64,000 nucleotides of DNA from Candidatus Nanoarchaeia archaeon (GCA_035291345.1 DATDSF010000038.1:23845-87844); one strand, 5' to 3'. Counted from the first letter of the stretch, positions 19,785 to 31,350 are shown. Program-made: numbers and translations. The notes: generated from the letters alone by a model not told the origin.

Positions 19785-20976
19785 TTAGACTCCTATTTTA
19801 GAAGATAAAACTTCTATTGATTTGTTGAATCTATTTAAATGTTGTTTAACTAATTCTTTTTGATTATAAGCTTCTTGAGCTTTTTCAATCTTTAGTCTAA
19901 GATCTAATTTTTTTAATAAAAAGCTAATTATTTGTTCTACAAATAAAGCTGTCTTATTAATATCAACATTATAATATTTATTTGGGATTTTTCTTTCACC
20001 CGAATCTTTATTAATGTACTCAAATAGTTCTCTGGAGCCTTCTAAATTGATATTAAATTCAAACTTAGGCACACATATACCCATACCATCATCAGTTTTA
20101 TTGTCAGTATAGATAGTCCACGAAAAAATTTCTACTCCTTTATAGAAAATATTATACTCACCAATATTCTCTGATATCCATTCTAATTTGATTATATAAT
20201 TATCATTATGTGGACCATAAGATATATTCTTTTTATAATCATCAATCAATAAGCCTAAATTAAAATTAAGCTTACAAAAATCAGGGTACCTTTGATTAAA
20301 TAATCTAGAAATAGGATTATCCAGTTTAAAAGGGTTCATTTTTGTCTCATATCTGTGACAGCTATTGATATTGATCCATTAGATGAATTAGCAATTACAT
20401 ATATAATTTTTCCAGTTTGAAAATCCATTACACGATATAATTCATCATTAAACTTGCCCGTATTAATTATATGTGTATTTGTAATAGATGCAGAAGTATT
20501 ATGATACCATTCTCTATATTGAAATGTAGTACCAAAGAAAGAAAAGATAACAATAATTATAAATACAATTATTGCAATTTCCATAAATATTTGTTTTCTA
20601 GTTTTCATATATTTTCTCTTTAGGACATTTATAAAAATCAAATTTAGTTTTCAACTTTTCTACATTACGTAGAATGAAATTCTTAGCATCAATACTACTA
20701 TTAAAAGATATTTTAAGAGTTATATTCCTCTTAGTTATATTTTCATCCTTTACATAGAAATGTATCTTATGCATACCATCATCAGGATGAGATCTAGCAA
20801 AAGTTCTTTGTACTTGTATATACCCTATCTTCAGTCCACCTAATTTAATATCATGAGTCTCAGGTTCAAATGATTTCCATCTACCTATATGTTTAATTTT
20901 TTTAAAAGAGAAATTTTCTTTTTTTGCCATATCAATTATTTATTTTTATTCAACAAATATAATTCATCATTAATAC

Positions 20977-21008
20977 AGAAATGCCAGAAAATAAATTCTG
21001 GCATTTCT
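20977..21008. terminator. 13-bp hairpin downstream of the Hc1-like gene
   Basis: AGAAATGCCAGAA-aataaa-TTCTGGCATTTCT. Confidence 0.65.
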
Positions 21009-21032
21009 AGACTAAGAATATTTAGAAGAATA

Positions 21033-21290
21033 TTAAGCTTGAGGTGCAGATGCAATTGTTTCGCGTTTCTCTCTTAAAGCAGCTCTAAGTTCCTTCATGA
21101 ATTTGGTCATTGCAGAACTGCCAGTATTTACTCTTTTGCCTGGAGCTTTCATACCCTTATCAAAAAAGCGAATAATATCTGTTTTCAACTGTTCAGTAAT
21201 TTCATCTAATTTACCACAAAGCAATTCACCTTGTGTTGGATCTACTACTGCAGTTTCTGTTGCAACGGATTCTGTTTTTACTTCTGCCAT
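21033..21290 (-). CDS. histone H1-like Hc1-family nucleoid protein
   Basis: FFDKGMKAPGKRV...MKELR resembles the KGNKAAGTRARK...KE.R motif of the Hc1/Bacteroidota histone H1 family. Confidence 0.6.
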   Translation of the reverse strand: MAEVKTESVATETAVVDPTQGELLCGKLDEITEQLKTDIIRFFDKGMKAPGKRVNTGSSAMTKFMKELRAALREKRETIASAPQA

Positions 21291-21338
21291 TTGTTTGGCT
21301 CCTTTTAGTGGTTGAAATTAATTTATTATTTGAGACAA

Positions 21339-21346
21339 CAAATATA
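21339..21346 (-). promoter_or_regulatory. TAnnTTTG box
   Basis: TATATTTG upstream of the Hc1-like gene; another copy at 20954-61. Confidence 0.6.
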
Positions 21347-21349
21347 TTA

Positions 21350-21838
21350 CATCTTTTATTTTTTGATGTGAAAAATTTTTAGAACCATACTTTATTGATA
21401 AAATATAAAATGTATCTTATTAGTGAAATAATTGATAATCAAAATATTCTAATAAATAAACTTCTTTCCAATGCGCTCGCCCGTAGTTGCTTTTATATTT
21501 TATATCAGAATGTTAATAATATAAATGTTAAGATCTTGTTTACCATAATTTAATTCAAATTTAATTTAAAAACACCCGTTGAACCGTTGACTTCATTAGT
21601 GAATATGTCATATAACAAGTCAAAAGTAACTTGTGTGTTTTGACTTTTTCTGGCGGTTCAAAAATCAATCTGTAAAAAGTTTAAAACTCTCAATTTGAAG
21701 AACACCGAGTTCGAAAATCCTAATATATTATATATAAATAAGGTTAATAATTTAAAACTAAAATAAGTTAAATAGCTTTTTAGTTAAATATATTGGAATT
21801 TTCCGCAACTCTGAGTATACTTTATTTTATTGAGATTA
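21350..21838. other. long AT-rich non-coding region near the strand switch; possible replication origin
   Basis: About 490 bp with no ORF; IR AAGTCAAAA/TTTTGACTT (21617-46); close to initiator-loader-helicase genes. Confidence 0.35.
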
Positions 21839-22062
21839 TTAGCCACCAATCTTAAGTAGCTTTCCATCAGATTCAAGATAATTTTCATAGTAGATATCAA
21901 TTATTTCACTGGGAGAATCCTTTACATATATCATCAATCCTACAACTCCGGAGTTTTTATTGATATAACCTCTACCCTCTAATTGGAGTTCGCCTAAAGC
22001 AATTTTTTCTATAAGTTGCTCAACAGGGGTATTGGACGTTATTTTAATCTCTTTCTCATCCA

Positions 22063-22230
22063 TTAATTAACCTTATCTCTTTTATAGTTTTCAATCATAT
22101 TTGATAGTGTTTCTATACAATCTGTAAAATTATCTTCATTCTCCTGAGATTTTAACCATAAGTTAAATTCTGGATCATTTAGTAGTGAAACTAATTCTTC
22201 AAACAATATCTTATATTCTTCTGGATTCAA
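22063..22230 (-). CDS. 55-aa hypothetical protein (absent from the ORF track)
   Basis: TTG start, MNPEEYKILFEELVSLL...; TAATG coupling to the ORF at 21839-22063. Confidence 0.5.
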   Translation of the reverse strand: MNPEEYKILFEELVSLLNDPEFNLWLKSQENEDNFTDCIETLSNMIENYKRDKVN

Positions 22231-22299
22231 TTAATTTCGCACCAATGGAGTAACTGATTGTTTAATTTTGTCACATCAATTTTGGAGTAAATTTTCAAT

Positions 22300-23094
22300 A
22301 TGATTAATATAATTTCACCAGAACAATTTACTAGTCTGAGTAATTCAGAGGCTAAACTTTTATTCTACCTCTTTCTTTGTCGCAGCAATATATCCTCACA
22401 ATTTAATTTAAATGTTATTAAGAAATCATTTGATGGTAGCCATCAACAAGTATTTTTTCTATTAAATAAACTTGAAGCAGCAGAACACTTTGAATATAAT
22501 ATTAATAAAAATGAATTAGGTGTTTTATTCCCTTCTGGATTTGTATCTTTTCATGTTGAAGATTGGACAAATGATCAAATTATTGATATGCAATCTACTA
22601 TATTTGAAAATGATTTAACTACTATTGAAGGATTGATAGAGCAAGTATATATACCTCAGAATATATATACTAAAAAACTAGAACAGTTAAGTATACCTGC
22701 TACTTCAAAAATCAAATGCACAACTAAAACAGAGCGTAGAAAACAAAGAAAGAAAGAGCAAGCAGAATTGATGAAAGATCCAAAGTTTATCTTGGCAATT
22801 GATGTAGTTGAATATTTGTATTTAAAATTAAAGGAAAAAAATATAAGAGAAGTATATCTCACTACTAAAGATAGAAATAGTGAGATAAGAAAAATATTTA
22901 CTCTTGTGAAAGCTAATCCTTCTGTATCATTGGAAGAATATCAAAAAGTAGTTGATTATTTTACAAGCCACACAAATTTCTGGCAGAAAGTTATTATTGA
23001 TTGTACTACTCTCCAGAAAAATTTCTTTAAAGGCTTAGTACAGATTAAAGCAGCAAATAGAACTTCTAATTCTCATGGGATTAAATTTTTATGA
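22300..23094 (+). CDS. putative replication initiator (N-terminal wHTH, C-terminal helical domain)
   Basis: LSNSEAKLLFYL N-terminus, FWQKVI...LQKNF C-terminal motif; first gene before loader and DnaB; TAATTTTG box at 22263-70. Confidence 0.55.
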   Translation: MINIISPEQFTSLSNSEAKLLFYLFLCRSNISSQFNLNVIKKSFDGSHQQVFFLLNKLEAAEHFEYNINKNELGVLFPSGFVSFHVEDWTNDQIIDMQSTIFENDLTTIEGLIEQVYIPQNIYTKKLEQLSIPATSKIKCTTKTERRKQRKKEQAELMKDPKFILAIDVVEYLYLKLKEKNIREVYLTTKDRNSEIRKIFTLVKANPSVSLEEYQKVVDYFTSHTNFWQKVIIDCTTLQKNFFKGLVQIKAANRTSNSHGIKFL

Positions 23095-23612
23095 CAGATG
23101 GTCTTAAAAAATATGAAGAAGACTGGAATTTAAGGTACCTTAATTTAACTGATCCATCACTTATTGAATCTTCATTAAGTGAAGCCAGCTTGGAAGCATT
23201 AAATAAAGTAATTAATAGTTTTCCAGATGTAGACCCAAAAATCATATCTTTTACAGGTGATACATTTATTGGAAATTTAATCTATAATTACTTGATTACT
23301 ACCTTTATGGAAAGTAAATTCATACGTACTAAATGCGTAAGAATAACAAATAGTTGGCAGTATGACAGCATAAGAGAATTAAGTCGATCTACATATGATA
23401 TGAGGCTTCTTGACAATTTAGAATTTTCATTATATAATAATATACAAAAAGAAGCATTAAATAATTATATTGAGACTATTTATAATCAGACAAAATTAAT
23501 CATACTAAATGTCCCATCAAGTGAAGATTGGGAATTTGCCCCTAAATCTTTACAGAAATTAATCTCAAACCACTCATTAAACATCCTGATCAAGTCCAAG
23601 GGCACAATATGA
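23091..23612 (+). CDS. degenerate DnaC/IstB-like helicase loader
   Basis: Between initiator and DnaB; eroded P-loop (SFTGDTFIG) and Walker B-like LLDNL. Confidence 0.4.
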   Translation: MTDGLKKYEEDWNLRYLNLTDPSLIESSLSEASLEALNKVINSFPDVDPKIISFTGDTFIGNLIYNYLITTFMESKFIRTKCVRITNSWQYDSIRELSRSTYDMRLLDNLEFSLYNNIQKEALNNYIETIYNQTKLIILNVPSSEDWEFAPKSLQKLISNHSLNILIKSKGTI

Positions 23613-24958
23613 TTGAAGATTTTTTATCCGAGCAATTAGCAGTTGGTTTAATGCTTAATAGCCGAGAAGCTGCATTCAAAGGAATTGGTGAATTAGATGA
23701 TGGAGATTTTGCAAATCCAAATTTTATCGTAGTATTTAGAGCAATTAGAAAAGTTATTGAGCAGCAAAAAGAAGTTGATATATTCTCAGTAAATTCAATG
23801 CTTGAGAATATGGGAAAACCTTTGAGTCTTGAAGAACTATTCAATATTGAAGACAAATTCTATGTTGAAGAGAAGTTTGATTCTATTATTGAGATTTTAC
23901 ATGATAAGAAGAACAGAAGAATTACAGATCAAAAATTAAAAGAAGTATCAAAAAGGCTTAATAATGATAATACTTCTTTTGATACTATTATAAGAGATAT
24001 TGATTCAGTTTTTGATACAAAGACTTATTCATCAAATGTAGTCTCAGGTACAAACTATCTTGAGTTTAGAGCTCAACAGGATAAAGAAAAAAGAGAAAGA
24101 AAATGGATTCTTACAGGCTTTGAAGAAATTGATAATATTTTAACCTATAAAATATCAAGGGGGGAAATATCAGTAATTGCTGCAAGACCCTCAAATGGTA
24201 AATCTGCCCTAAAAACTAATCTAATTAAAAATATGTGTGAGCAAGGAGTAGGTGTAGTAAACTATGCTCTTGAGCAAACAATGGAAGTTGAATCTGATAG
24301 ACTAGAATCTTTAGTCAGTGGGATACCTGGTCAATTTATTGTAGATTGCCACATATGGGAAGATACAGATTTTAGAAAGATAAAATTAATGGAAGCAAGA
24401 GAAAAGATTGCTACTTGGAATTACCATTTAATTGAAGGTATAAGTAAATCTCTCGCTGAGATAAAAAGTGAATTAAGAATGCTAAAGAGAAAAGGTATTG
24501 AAATTGCATTCTTTGATTTATTTGATAGAATAAAAGATGTTGTAAATAGTACATCAAATAAAGCTCAACAAGTAACAAAGTGTTTAACTGAGATGCTTGC
24601 TATTGCAAAAGAATTAAATATACATATTTGTGTTATAGTACAATTAAATAGAGATCTTACTAAAAGAAAGAGTATGATTCCACAACTATCTGATTTAAAA
24701 GATTCTGGAGCATATGAAGAAGTTGCAAGAACAGTATTCTTTTTACATTATCCAAAAGCTCATGATAGAAAATTAGTAGAATCAAACATTACATGGATCA
24801 TTGCAAAACAAAATAATGGGCCATTATTTGAGATGGATATTCCTTTCCAAGAAGACATAGGAAAATTTATTTCAAAAGATCCAAGTAATCAAGGTATTAA
24901 GAAAAAAGGTCTAAGTCAACCATCTTCTAATATTGAGACTCAAAATGATAGAAAATGA
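23609..24958 (+). CDS. dnaB: replicative DNA helicase
   Basis: AARPSNGKS, ALE, QLNR, PQLSDLKDSGAYEE, IAKQNNGP. Confidence 0.95.
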   Translation: MIEDFLSEQLAVGLMLNSREAAFKGIGELDDGDFANPNFIVVFRAIRKVIEQQKEVDIFSVNSMLENMGKPLSLEELFNIEDKFYVEEKFDSIIEILHDKKNRRITDQKLKEVSKRLNNDNTSFDTIIRDIDSVFDTKTYSSNVVSGTNYLEFRAQQDKEKRERKWILTGFEEIDNILTYKISRGEISVIAARPSNGKSALKTNLIKNMCEQGVGVVNYALEQTMEVESDRLESLVSGIPGQFIVDCHIWEDTDFRKIKLMEAREKIATWNYHLIEGISKSLAEIKSELRMLKRKGIEIAFFDLFDRIKDVVNSTSNKAQQVTKCLTEMLAIAKELNIHICVIVQLNRDLTKRKSMIPQLSDLKDSGAYEEVARTVFFLHYPKAHDRKLVESNITWIIAKQNNGPLFEMDIPFQEDIGKFISKDPSNQGIKKKGLSQPSSNIETQNDRK

Positions 24959-25604
24959 GGAATTAGTTAAATTTTGTGCAAAATATCAAGAAGGTAAAGT
25001 AACTGATAAAGAATTATGTTACTACTTTTATAAACTAAAAAGATCTTGGTATTTAAAGTATTATGAGGATAAATCAGGAATATTATTAAAAGAAGATTTT
25101 GAATCTATTGCCTATTTTGGTTATATAAAAGCATTAAAAACATATAATCCATTAAAAAATAACTCTCCACACGCATGGATATATATGCTTGTAAAACAAG
25201 CAGTGGTTAAAGAAATTATTTCAATTTTTAAAAAATCAGGTATGGTTATAAATTCTCATATGGACCCAAATTTAGAAATTGAAAATTATGATATTGAGAT
25301 TGAAGTTCCAATGGATTTTGATATTAGGGTTTATGTATCAGATGGTACACTTATAAAATTTATAAAAGAAATACAAGGAGTTTTTAGAGGGAAGTCTGGT
25401 CAAAAAATTGGTAATATCTTTCAATTAAAACTTATGTTTCCAAACATGAAAAGAGAAACTATCGCAAAAATCATTGGTTATAGTAGACGAAATGGTATTG
25501 CAAAACCTATGAAAAAGATAAGAGCAATGTTTCATAATGTTGATATTAATACTTCTTCTATAAATTCTAAATTTATAGATTATATCACTAAGTCATTATC
25601 ATGA
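24945..25604 (+). CDS. phage sigma-70-like factor
   Basis: EDFESIAYFGYIKALKTYNP region-2 motif; C-terminal ETIAKIIGYSR HTH. Confidence 0.7.
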   Translation: MIENEELVKFCAKYQEGKVTDKELCYYFYKLKRSWYLKYYEDKSGILLKEDFESIAYFGYIKALKTYNPLKNNSPHAWIYMLVKQAVVKEIISIFKKSGMVINSHMDPNLEIENYDIEIEVPMDFDIRVYVSDGTLIKFIKEIQGVFRGKSGQKIGNIFQLKLMFPNMKRETIAKIIGYSRRNGIAKPMKKIRAMFHNVDINTSSINSKFIDYITKSLS

Positions 25605-27121
25605 ATCTAAGAATACAACATAATTATACTTATTTCTCTATTAATAAAGAAGAGAATCCATATGAGATGTATAACTATGTGCAACAAGCATGTAAATTTG
25701 AGTATTCTGCATTTCACAGAGGTAATGGAGAGATAATCCATCAAGATAAATCTTTATGTTTAGCAAATTTGAATTTAAGAAAATTTCCTACAGGCTTGTT
25801 TAACAAAGTTGTTGAAGAAGTACCAGAATCAATTGAATTAAATATAATTGATGAAAGAAATTATAAGGATATAATTGAGGAACAACACGCTAAATTTGAT
25901 TATGATTTTTATGATAAACAAAAACTAGCTATTGATATTGGGATTGAAAATAGAAGAGGTTATTATCATATTGCTACTGGAGGAGGAAAAACTACTATTA
26001 TTGCTACGTTGCTAGGACATTTCAAAGGTAAAGCACTTGTTATAGTACCCAGTATTGATTTAGTTGAACAAATAGGATTTGATATATTTAATGCATTAAA
26101 TGAAGATATTGATTTTATCATTGGTAAAGAATCTATTTATGCTTCTCAAAGCAGAATTAAAGTTGCTAGTGTTGATACACTCGATTCTTCATTTGATGAA
26201 TTAGTTTCTAATGGCTGGTTAGAACAATTTAATACAATTATGTTAGATGAAGCACATCATGCTAATTTTACTAAAGCAAAAATTATAAAGAAAGGTGGAA
26301 GGATTATTAGAAGAATTCCTCAAGGATACACTGGTTACTATAAAATTGCAATGGCTTGTCCTGCTGAGAATAGATTTGGTTTTTCAGCAACTCCAGAAGA
26401 AAGTGAATTATTCATTCAAGCTGTCTGTGGTAAAAAGCTAATACAAATTGATGAAGATTATTTAATATCAATTGGTAGATTGGCAAAACCTTATATATTA
26501 ATCTATAAGCATAAAGTTCCTTTCTATGAAGATGAGAAAGAAGCCACAAAGAATAATATTTATTTAAATGAAAATAGAAATTATATGCTTTTAAAAGCTA
26601 TTCAGACTATTAATCAACATGATGGAACAAGCTTGTTAATGATTGATAGTAAAAAATTCCAGTTAGATTTATTAAGGCAGATAAGCGATGAGATTATTGA
26701 AGTAACGGGTGATACTAAATTAAAAGAAAGAAAAAGAATATATACTCAGCTAGAAAATAAGGAAATCAATAATATAGTATTAACTGTGGGAAAAGAAGGT
26801 CTCAATATCCCAAGTGTTGATGCTATTGTAAGAGGTTCTGCTAAAAAATCAGAGAGGTTAGTTGTACAAGAAAAAGGAAGAGGAGCAAGAGTTACTAAGA
26901 CTAAAGGTAAAGTATTGCTTATTGACACTTATGATGATGATGGAGTTAATAAGATTCAAAAAGAAGAATATAAATGGATTACAAAAGTAGGACATTTAAG
27001 AAAACATTCTGAGGAAAGACTAGATATTTATAAAAAGACTAAAGCATCAATAATTAAAATTGTTGAAACTGAGGAAGACTTTATTGATTATATAAATAAG
27101 TTTTTTAATGGAGAATTATAG
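25601..27121 (+). CDS. superfamily 2 (DEAH, UvsW-like) helicase
   Basis: ATGGGKT, DEAHH, SAT, EGLNIP, QEKGRGAR. Confidence 0.92.
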   Translation: MNLRIQHNYTYFSINKEENPYEMYNYVQQACKFEYSAFHRGNGEIIHQDKSLCLANLNLRKFPTGLFNKVVEEVPESIELNIIDERNYKDIIEEQHAKFDYDFYDKQKLAIDIGIENRRGYYHIATGGGKTTIIATLLGHFKGKALVIVPSIDLVEQIGFDIFNALNEDIDFIIGKESIYASQSRIKVASVDTLDSSFDELVSNGWLEQFNTIMLDEAHHANFTKAKIIKKGGRIIRRIPQGYTGYYKIAMACPAENRFGFSATPEESELFIQAVCGKKLIQIDEDYLISIGRLAKPYILIYKHKVPFYEDEKEATKNNIYLNENRNYMLLKAIQTINQHDGTSLLMIDSKKFQLDLLRQISDEIIEVTGDTKLKERKRIYTQLENKEINNIVLTVGKEGLNIPSVDAIVRGSAKKSERLVVQEKGRGARVTKTKGKVLLIDTYDDDGVNKIQKEEYKWITKVGHLRKHSEERLDIYKKTKASIIKIVETEEDFIDYINKFFNGEL

Positions 27122-27528
27122 ATGGAGAATAAAAGAAAAATTAATACTAAGAATGAATTTGAACAAGACATTGATAAATTTTTACTTGAAAAGAAAGGTA
27201 TAGAATCATTTTTTATTAGTGGAATTGGCTTAAGAACCAACAGAAAGAAGAATGAAAGATATCATCAACTTAAAGTTAATATACCCAAAATGAATGTAGA
27301 AGCATTTCAAACTTTTGCTTTATATTTAATGCTCACATATAGAACAGAAAAAGTTGATAGAAAACCCCCAATAACCAAATGGTTAGTAGAACTTGTTAGT
27401 CAAAAGATTAAAGAATTAGTTGATAGTAAGGATCCAACTTGGATTGAGGCTAGAAATCTTTTAAGAGACTATAAGTTTCAATATCATAAAAAATTAATGG
27501 AACAAGGAAATAAAAATCAATGATATAT

Positions 27529-27536
27529 TATATTTG
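27529..27536 (+). promoter_or_regulatory. TAnnTTTG box
   Basis: TATATTTG on +, matching gene orientation; further + copies at 32256, 44407 and 48701. Confidence 0.6.
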
Positions 27537-28038
27537 TAAATAAATAAAAAGGATTTATTATGTCTACTGATAATAATTCAGTAAAAATAATTGGGAAAGA
27601 GGATTTTAGAAGATGTGTTCTAAACTATGATTTACCTTTTTCTCAGAGACTTGCTTTAGTAAAAGAGGAATTTGATTTAGAAATGCCTGATCATATTGAA
27701 GATGGGGAACCTTTCTTAGATTTAGTATATTCAAAATACATGAATATGGTAAATGAATTTCAACTAATGAAGAATGTAAAATATTCAATTCAAAGAAATA
27801 AAGAGAATCCAACAGAATCAAAAAAATCATTTATAGTAAAAACTATATTTGAAAGTAAGAATGGTATCTTTTATAAAGAGCTATATGATACTGTAGATGT
27901 CAAGTTTGAATATAGTAAATATGGTCAATCTCCAAGAACAAGATTGAGAAAAGTTATTGAAGAATTAACCATGAAAAACCTAATTGAAGATACTATGCTT
28001 GATGGAAAACGCTACTTGAAAATTATAAAGGCGCAGCA

Positions 28039-28941
28039 ATGATAACAGTTATTGACGGTTCTAATCTTGCTTATAGAGCATACCATACTTTTATTCAATT
28101 TGAATCAAGTGGTGGCGCACCTACGGGTATGTTATATGGGTTTTTATCTATCCTTAATTCTTATGCTAATAGGTTTGGCTCTAGTATTGTAATTACTTGG
28201 GACAAAAAACCCTATTGGAGAAAGATATATTATCCTGCATATAAAGAATCCAGAAAGGAAAATGAAGAATTTGAAAAAATGCGTATTGAAGAGTCTTTTA
28301 GGATACTAAAGGAAGTACTAACGCATTGTGGAATAGTTCAAATTGATAAATTAACTTATGAAGCAGATGACATAATTGCCTTTATAGTAAAAAAGTTTAG
28401 TAGAGATATCACAGTTATATCTGGAGATAAAGATTTACTTTCATTAATGGATGAGAGTAAAAATATAAATATTGTTAGACCCGGTAAGAAAGGACTTATA
28501 AAATATAATGAACAAATGGTAATGGAAGAATTTGGAGTATCAAAAGCAGATATACCAAAATATCTTGCTATTGTTGGTGATAAATCTGATAACATTATTG
28601 GATTATATGGATTTGGTCCGGTCAAGACAGCAAAATTGATTGATGAGCATCCAGATTTGATGAATAAACTTAATCAATTATTTCCTGCAGATTTTCAAAG
28701 AATTAAGCTTAATCTAGAATTGGTTGATTTAAAGAATCCAAAAGTGAAAATTAATTATCTTGAAAGAGAAGATATTAAAATGCCAAATCCAGACAGATTG
28801 AAACTCTCCATGGTATTAAGAGATTCTGAAATTAAAGCTTTTAGTCCTTCTGATCTTATTGAGAATTTTAGCAATCTTAAAATAAAAACAGACGTATTAA
28901 ATTTGTTAACTGAAAAAATTGAAACCCGGTTTAATAATTAA
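28039..28941 (+). CDS. 5'-3' exonuclease / flap endonuclease
   Basis: IDGSNLAYR, YPAYKESR, EADD, SGDKD, GDKSDNIIG, GPVKTA. Confidence 0.95.
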   Translation: MITVIDGSNLAYRAYHTFIQFESSGGAPTGMLYGFLSILNSYANRFGSSIVITWDKKPYWRKIYYPAYKESRKENEEFEKMRIEESFRILKEVLTHCGIVQIDKLTYEADDIIAFIVKKFSRDITVISGDKDLLSLMDESKNINIVRPGKKGLIKYNEQMVMEEFGVSKADIPKYLAIVGDKSDNIIGLYGFGPVKTAKLIDEHPDLMNKLNQLFPADFQRIKLNLELVDLKNPKVKINYLEREDIKMPNPDRLKLSMVLRDSEIKAFSPSDLIENFSNLKIKTDVLNLLTEKIETRFNN

Positions 28942-29537
28942 ATGTTTGATGCAGTAAAAGAAAAATTGGTATTAAGCTATATGCTTAAAAATCCTGACAA
29001 GGAATTCTTATTATATTGGTCTGGTGGACAAGATGATGATAAATATATTGTTATGTCAGAGGTAATTAGGGAGAGTAAAGTATGTTGGTATGTAAAACCA
29101 ATACATGGTTTTTTTGAAGTAAGGATTAGCAAGCACTTGAATAAAAAATTTCTTGGGTATATATACAAAGGCAAGATTACACAAGAGATAGAATTATTTA
29201 TTACTAGAAGTATAAATATTAAAATTGAAAAGCAACAATTGACAGAAGCCTTTCAAAAATTAAGAGATGAAATAAATATATTAACATTAAAAAGTATTAA
29301 TCAGGTATAAGATGTTAAGAACTGTCAAAAGATTTATGTATGGTGGAAGTTCAGGAATTTGTGGAAAGGTATCTAATGAAGAATTTTGCAGTAGTATGAA
29401 AACAGATTATATGTATGAATTAAGTTGTGGACATACATATGTAGAATCATTTAAAGGTAAAGAAGGAAAAATTCTTGATAATGATTCATTAGTCTTATGT
29501 GAAAAATGTGATAAATTACCAAACCAGGAGTAGTAAA

Positions 29538-30188
29538 ATGAACGTATATGATTTTCCAGATCAATTTAATGAAGAACACTTATCAAAGATATATGAACTT
29601 ATTTTTGATAGACAAGAGCAATTAGCTCAAAAATATACACCTCTTGAACACCAGAATGGCTTAAGATGGACTCAAGATATGCCAGTCAATATTCATGATG
29701 GAAAAGGCCAAGCACAATTGAAAGATATGGCTTGGAGAACAATGGAGGAGATTGGAGAATCACTTGAAGCATGGTTTGATGATAGTGAGAATGTTGAAAC
29801 TCAAAATGAGCAACTTTTACATGCAAAAGAAGAACTTGCAGATGGCTTACATTTCTTAACAGAATTGGGTATACTTTCAGGTATAAAACATACTGATATT
29901 AATATTTCACTTGAAAAAGTAGTACATCAAGCTAAAGAGGTTGTAAGTATTGATGAAGCTGTTACTGATTTTGTTTTGAGACTTGGTATTACAATGAATT
30001 GTTTGAAGAATAAACCTTGGAAATGCTCTCAATATCCAACAGATGAAGCAAAATTCAAGAAACACTATTTATTAGCATATGAGGCTTATATTGTTCTTAT
30101 GCTTGAAATAATGGAACCACTTGAAATTCTTAATCTTTACTTTAGAAAATCAAACGTAAACCAGTTTAGAATTGAATCTAAATATTAG
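29538..30188 (+). CDS. all-alpha NTP pyrophosphatase (dimeric dUTPase/dCTPase-like)
   Basis: EEIGE...EELADGLHF, KNKPWK, KSNVNQFR..Y. Confidence 0.8.
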   Translation: MNVYDFPDQFNEEHLSKIYELIFDRQEQLAQKYTPLEHQNGLRWTQDMPVNIHDGKGQAQLKDMAWRTMEEIGESLEAWFDDSENVETQNEQLLHAKEELADGLHFLTELGILSGIKHTDINISLEKVVHQAKEVVSIDEAVTDFVLRLGITMNCLKNKPWKCSQYPTDEAKFKKHYLLAYEAYIVLMLEIMEPLEILNLYFRKSNVNQFRIESKY

Positions 30189-30197
30189 GAGGTTGTT

Positions 30198-30443
30198 TTG
30201 GAAAGAGATGCTATACTTTTGAAATTTAAGAGTATCTTAGAGAATAAGTTGGGTGTTCATTTTTCTGAAATTACAGAAAGCTCACACTTAATAAATGATT
30301 TAGGTGCTGATTCACTAGATGTTATAGAAATTCTAATGGAGTGTGAATCACTTTTTGATATTTCTATACCAGAGGGGGATGTTGAAAATCTTTTCACTGT
30401 AAAAGAATTAGTTGATTATGGTTATGGGAGGTTAAGTGGCTGA
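30198..30443 (+). CDS. acpP: acyl carrier protein
   Basis: DLGADSLDVIE phosphopantetheine Ser motif, FDISIP, TVKELVDY. Confidence 0.9.
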   Translation: MERDAILLKFKSILENKLGVHFSEITESSHLINDLGADSLDVIEILMECESLFDISIPEGDVENLFTVKELVDYGYGRLSG

Positions 30444-30690
30444 TTTTTGTAAACAATGTCATGATAAATTATTTAAACCTCTTGAGGATTCAACTAAGTA
30501 TGATTTTTATGGTTTAAGCACTCCTGAAGATGATAAAAATGAATTATATCCAGTTGTATTATGCGAAGGTTGTAAAATACAAGGTGGATACATACAAGTT
30601 AACTCAAAAGGTGAATGCATAAGTCCAGATTGTGGCTCTCATGGAGGAAAGATTTATCCAATAACATAAGGAGATCTTATGACTTAAAAA

Positions 30691-30762
30691 CTATCTATAA
30701 TCGAAATGTATAGATAGATTGGTAGAGTTATTTTTTGCACAGGCCCTCTAAGTTGAGGGCCT
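30691..30762. other. two intergenic hairpins
   Basis: CTATCTATA/TATAGATAG (30691-30717) and AGGCCCTC/GAGGGCCT (30741-30762). Confidence 0.6.
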
Positions 30763-31350
30763 AAATTATAAAGGAGTTTAAAATGGCAAGAACAGCAGTT
30801 GACCAATATGAAAGCATGATCACAGTTATTTTTCAACAAAAAGGTGTACAGAGACAAGAATTTTCTCAATCGATGGCTATTTCAATCCCATCAACTGTTT
30901 TTATTGATTTAAGCAAATTAAAAGCAAGACTAGAAGAAGTAACTATTAATCTTATTGATGAGTACAAAAATACCGGATCTTTTCCAGAATTAGCAATTAT
31001 AGATCCATCATTAGATGAACAACCAAAAGATATAACATCATGATAAATATGTCTGAAGGAATCTATAAACGATTTATAGACAAGCAAGTTATAGTCTCAA
31101 ATAATGTTACTGCAGGTTTTTACTTCTTTGAAGATACAAATACTATTATTATGAATAATAAATCATTTGTATCAATGCTATTTAGAAGTTTAGAATTTAA
31201 TAAAGCTTTAGAAACTTATTCAAGTTATTATATCAATAAATTGATGACAAAAGCAGATATACTTTTTTCACGGAAGTTTCCACATGAGGTTTTATAATTT
31301 ATTAAATTGCATCAATTTATTTGATTAAGAATTAAAACTCAAGAGAAAAA

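Noticed and set aside
30741..30762. Second copy of the array hairpin
   Set aside because: Shares only AGGCC; shorter stem and no pentamer periodicity nearby
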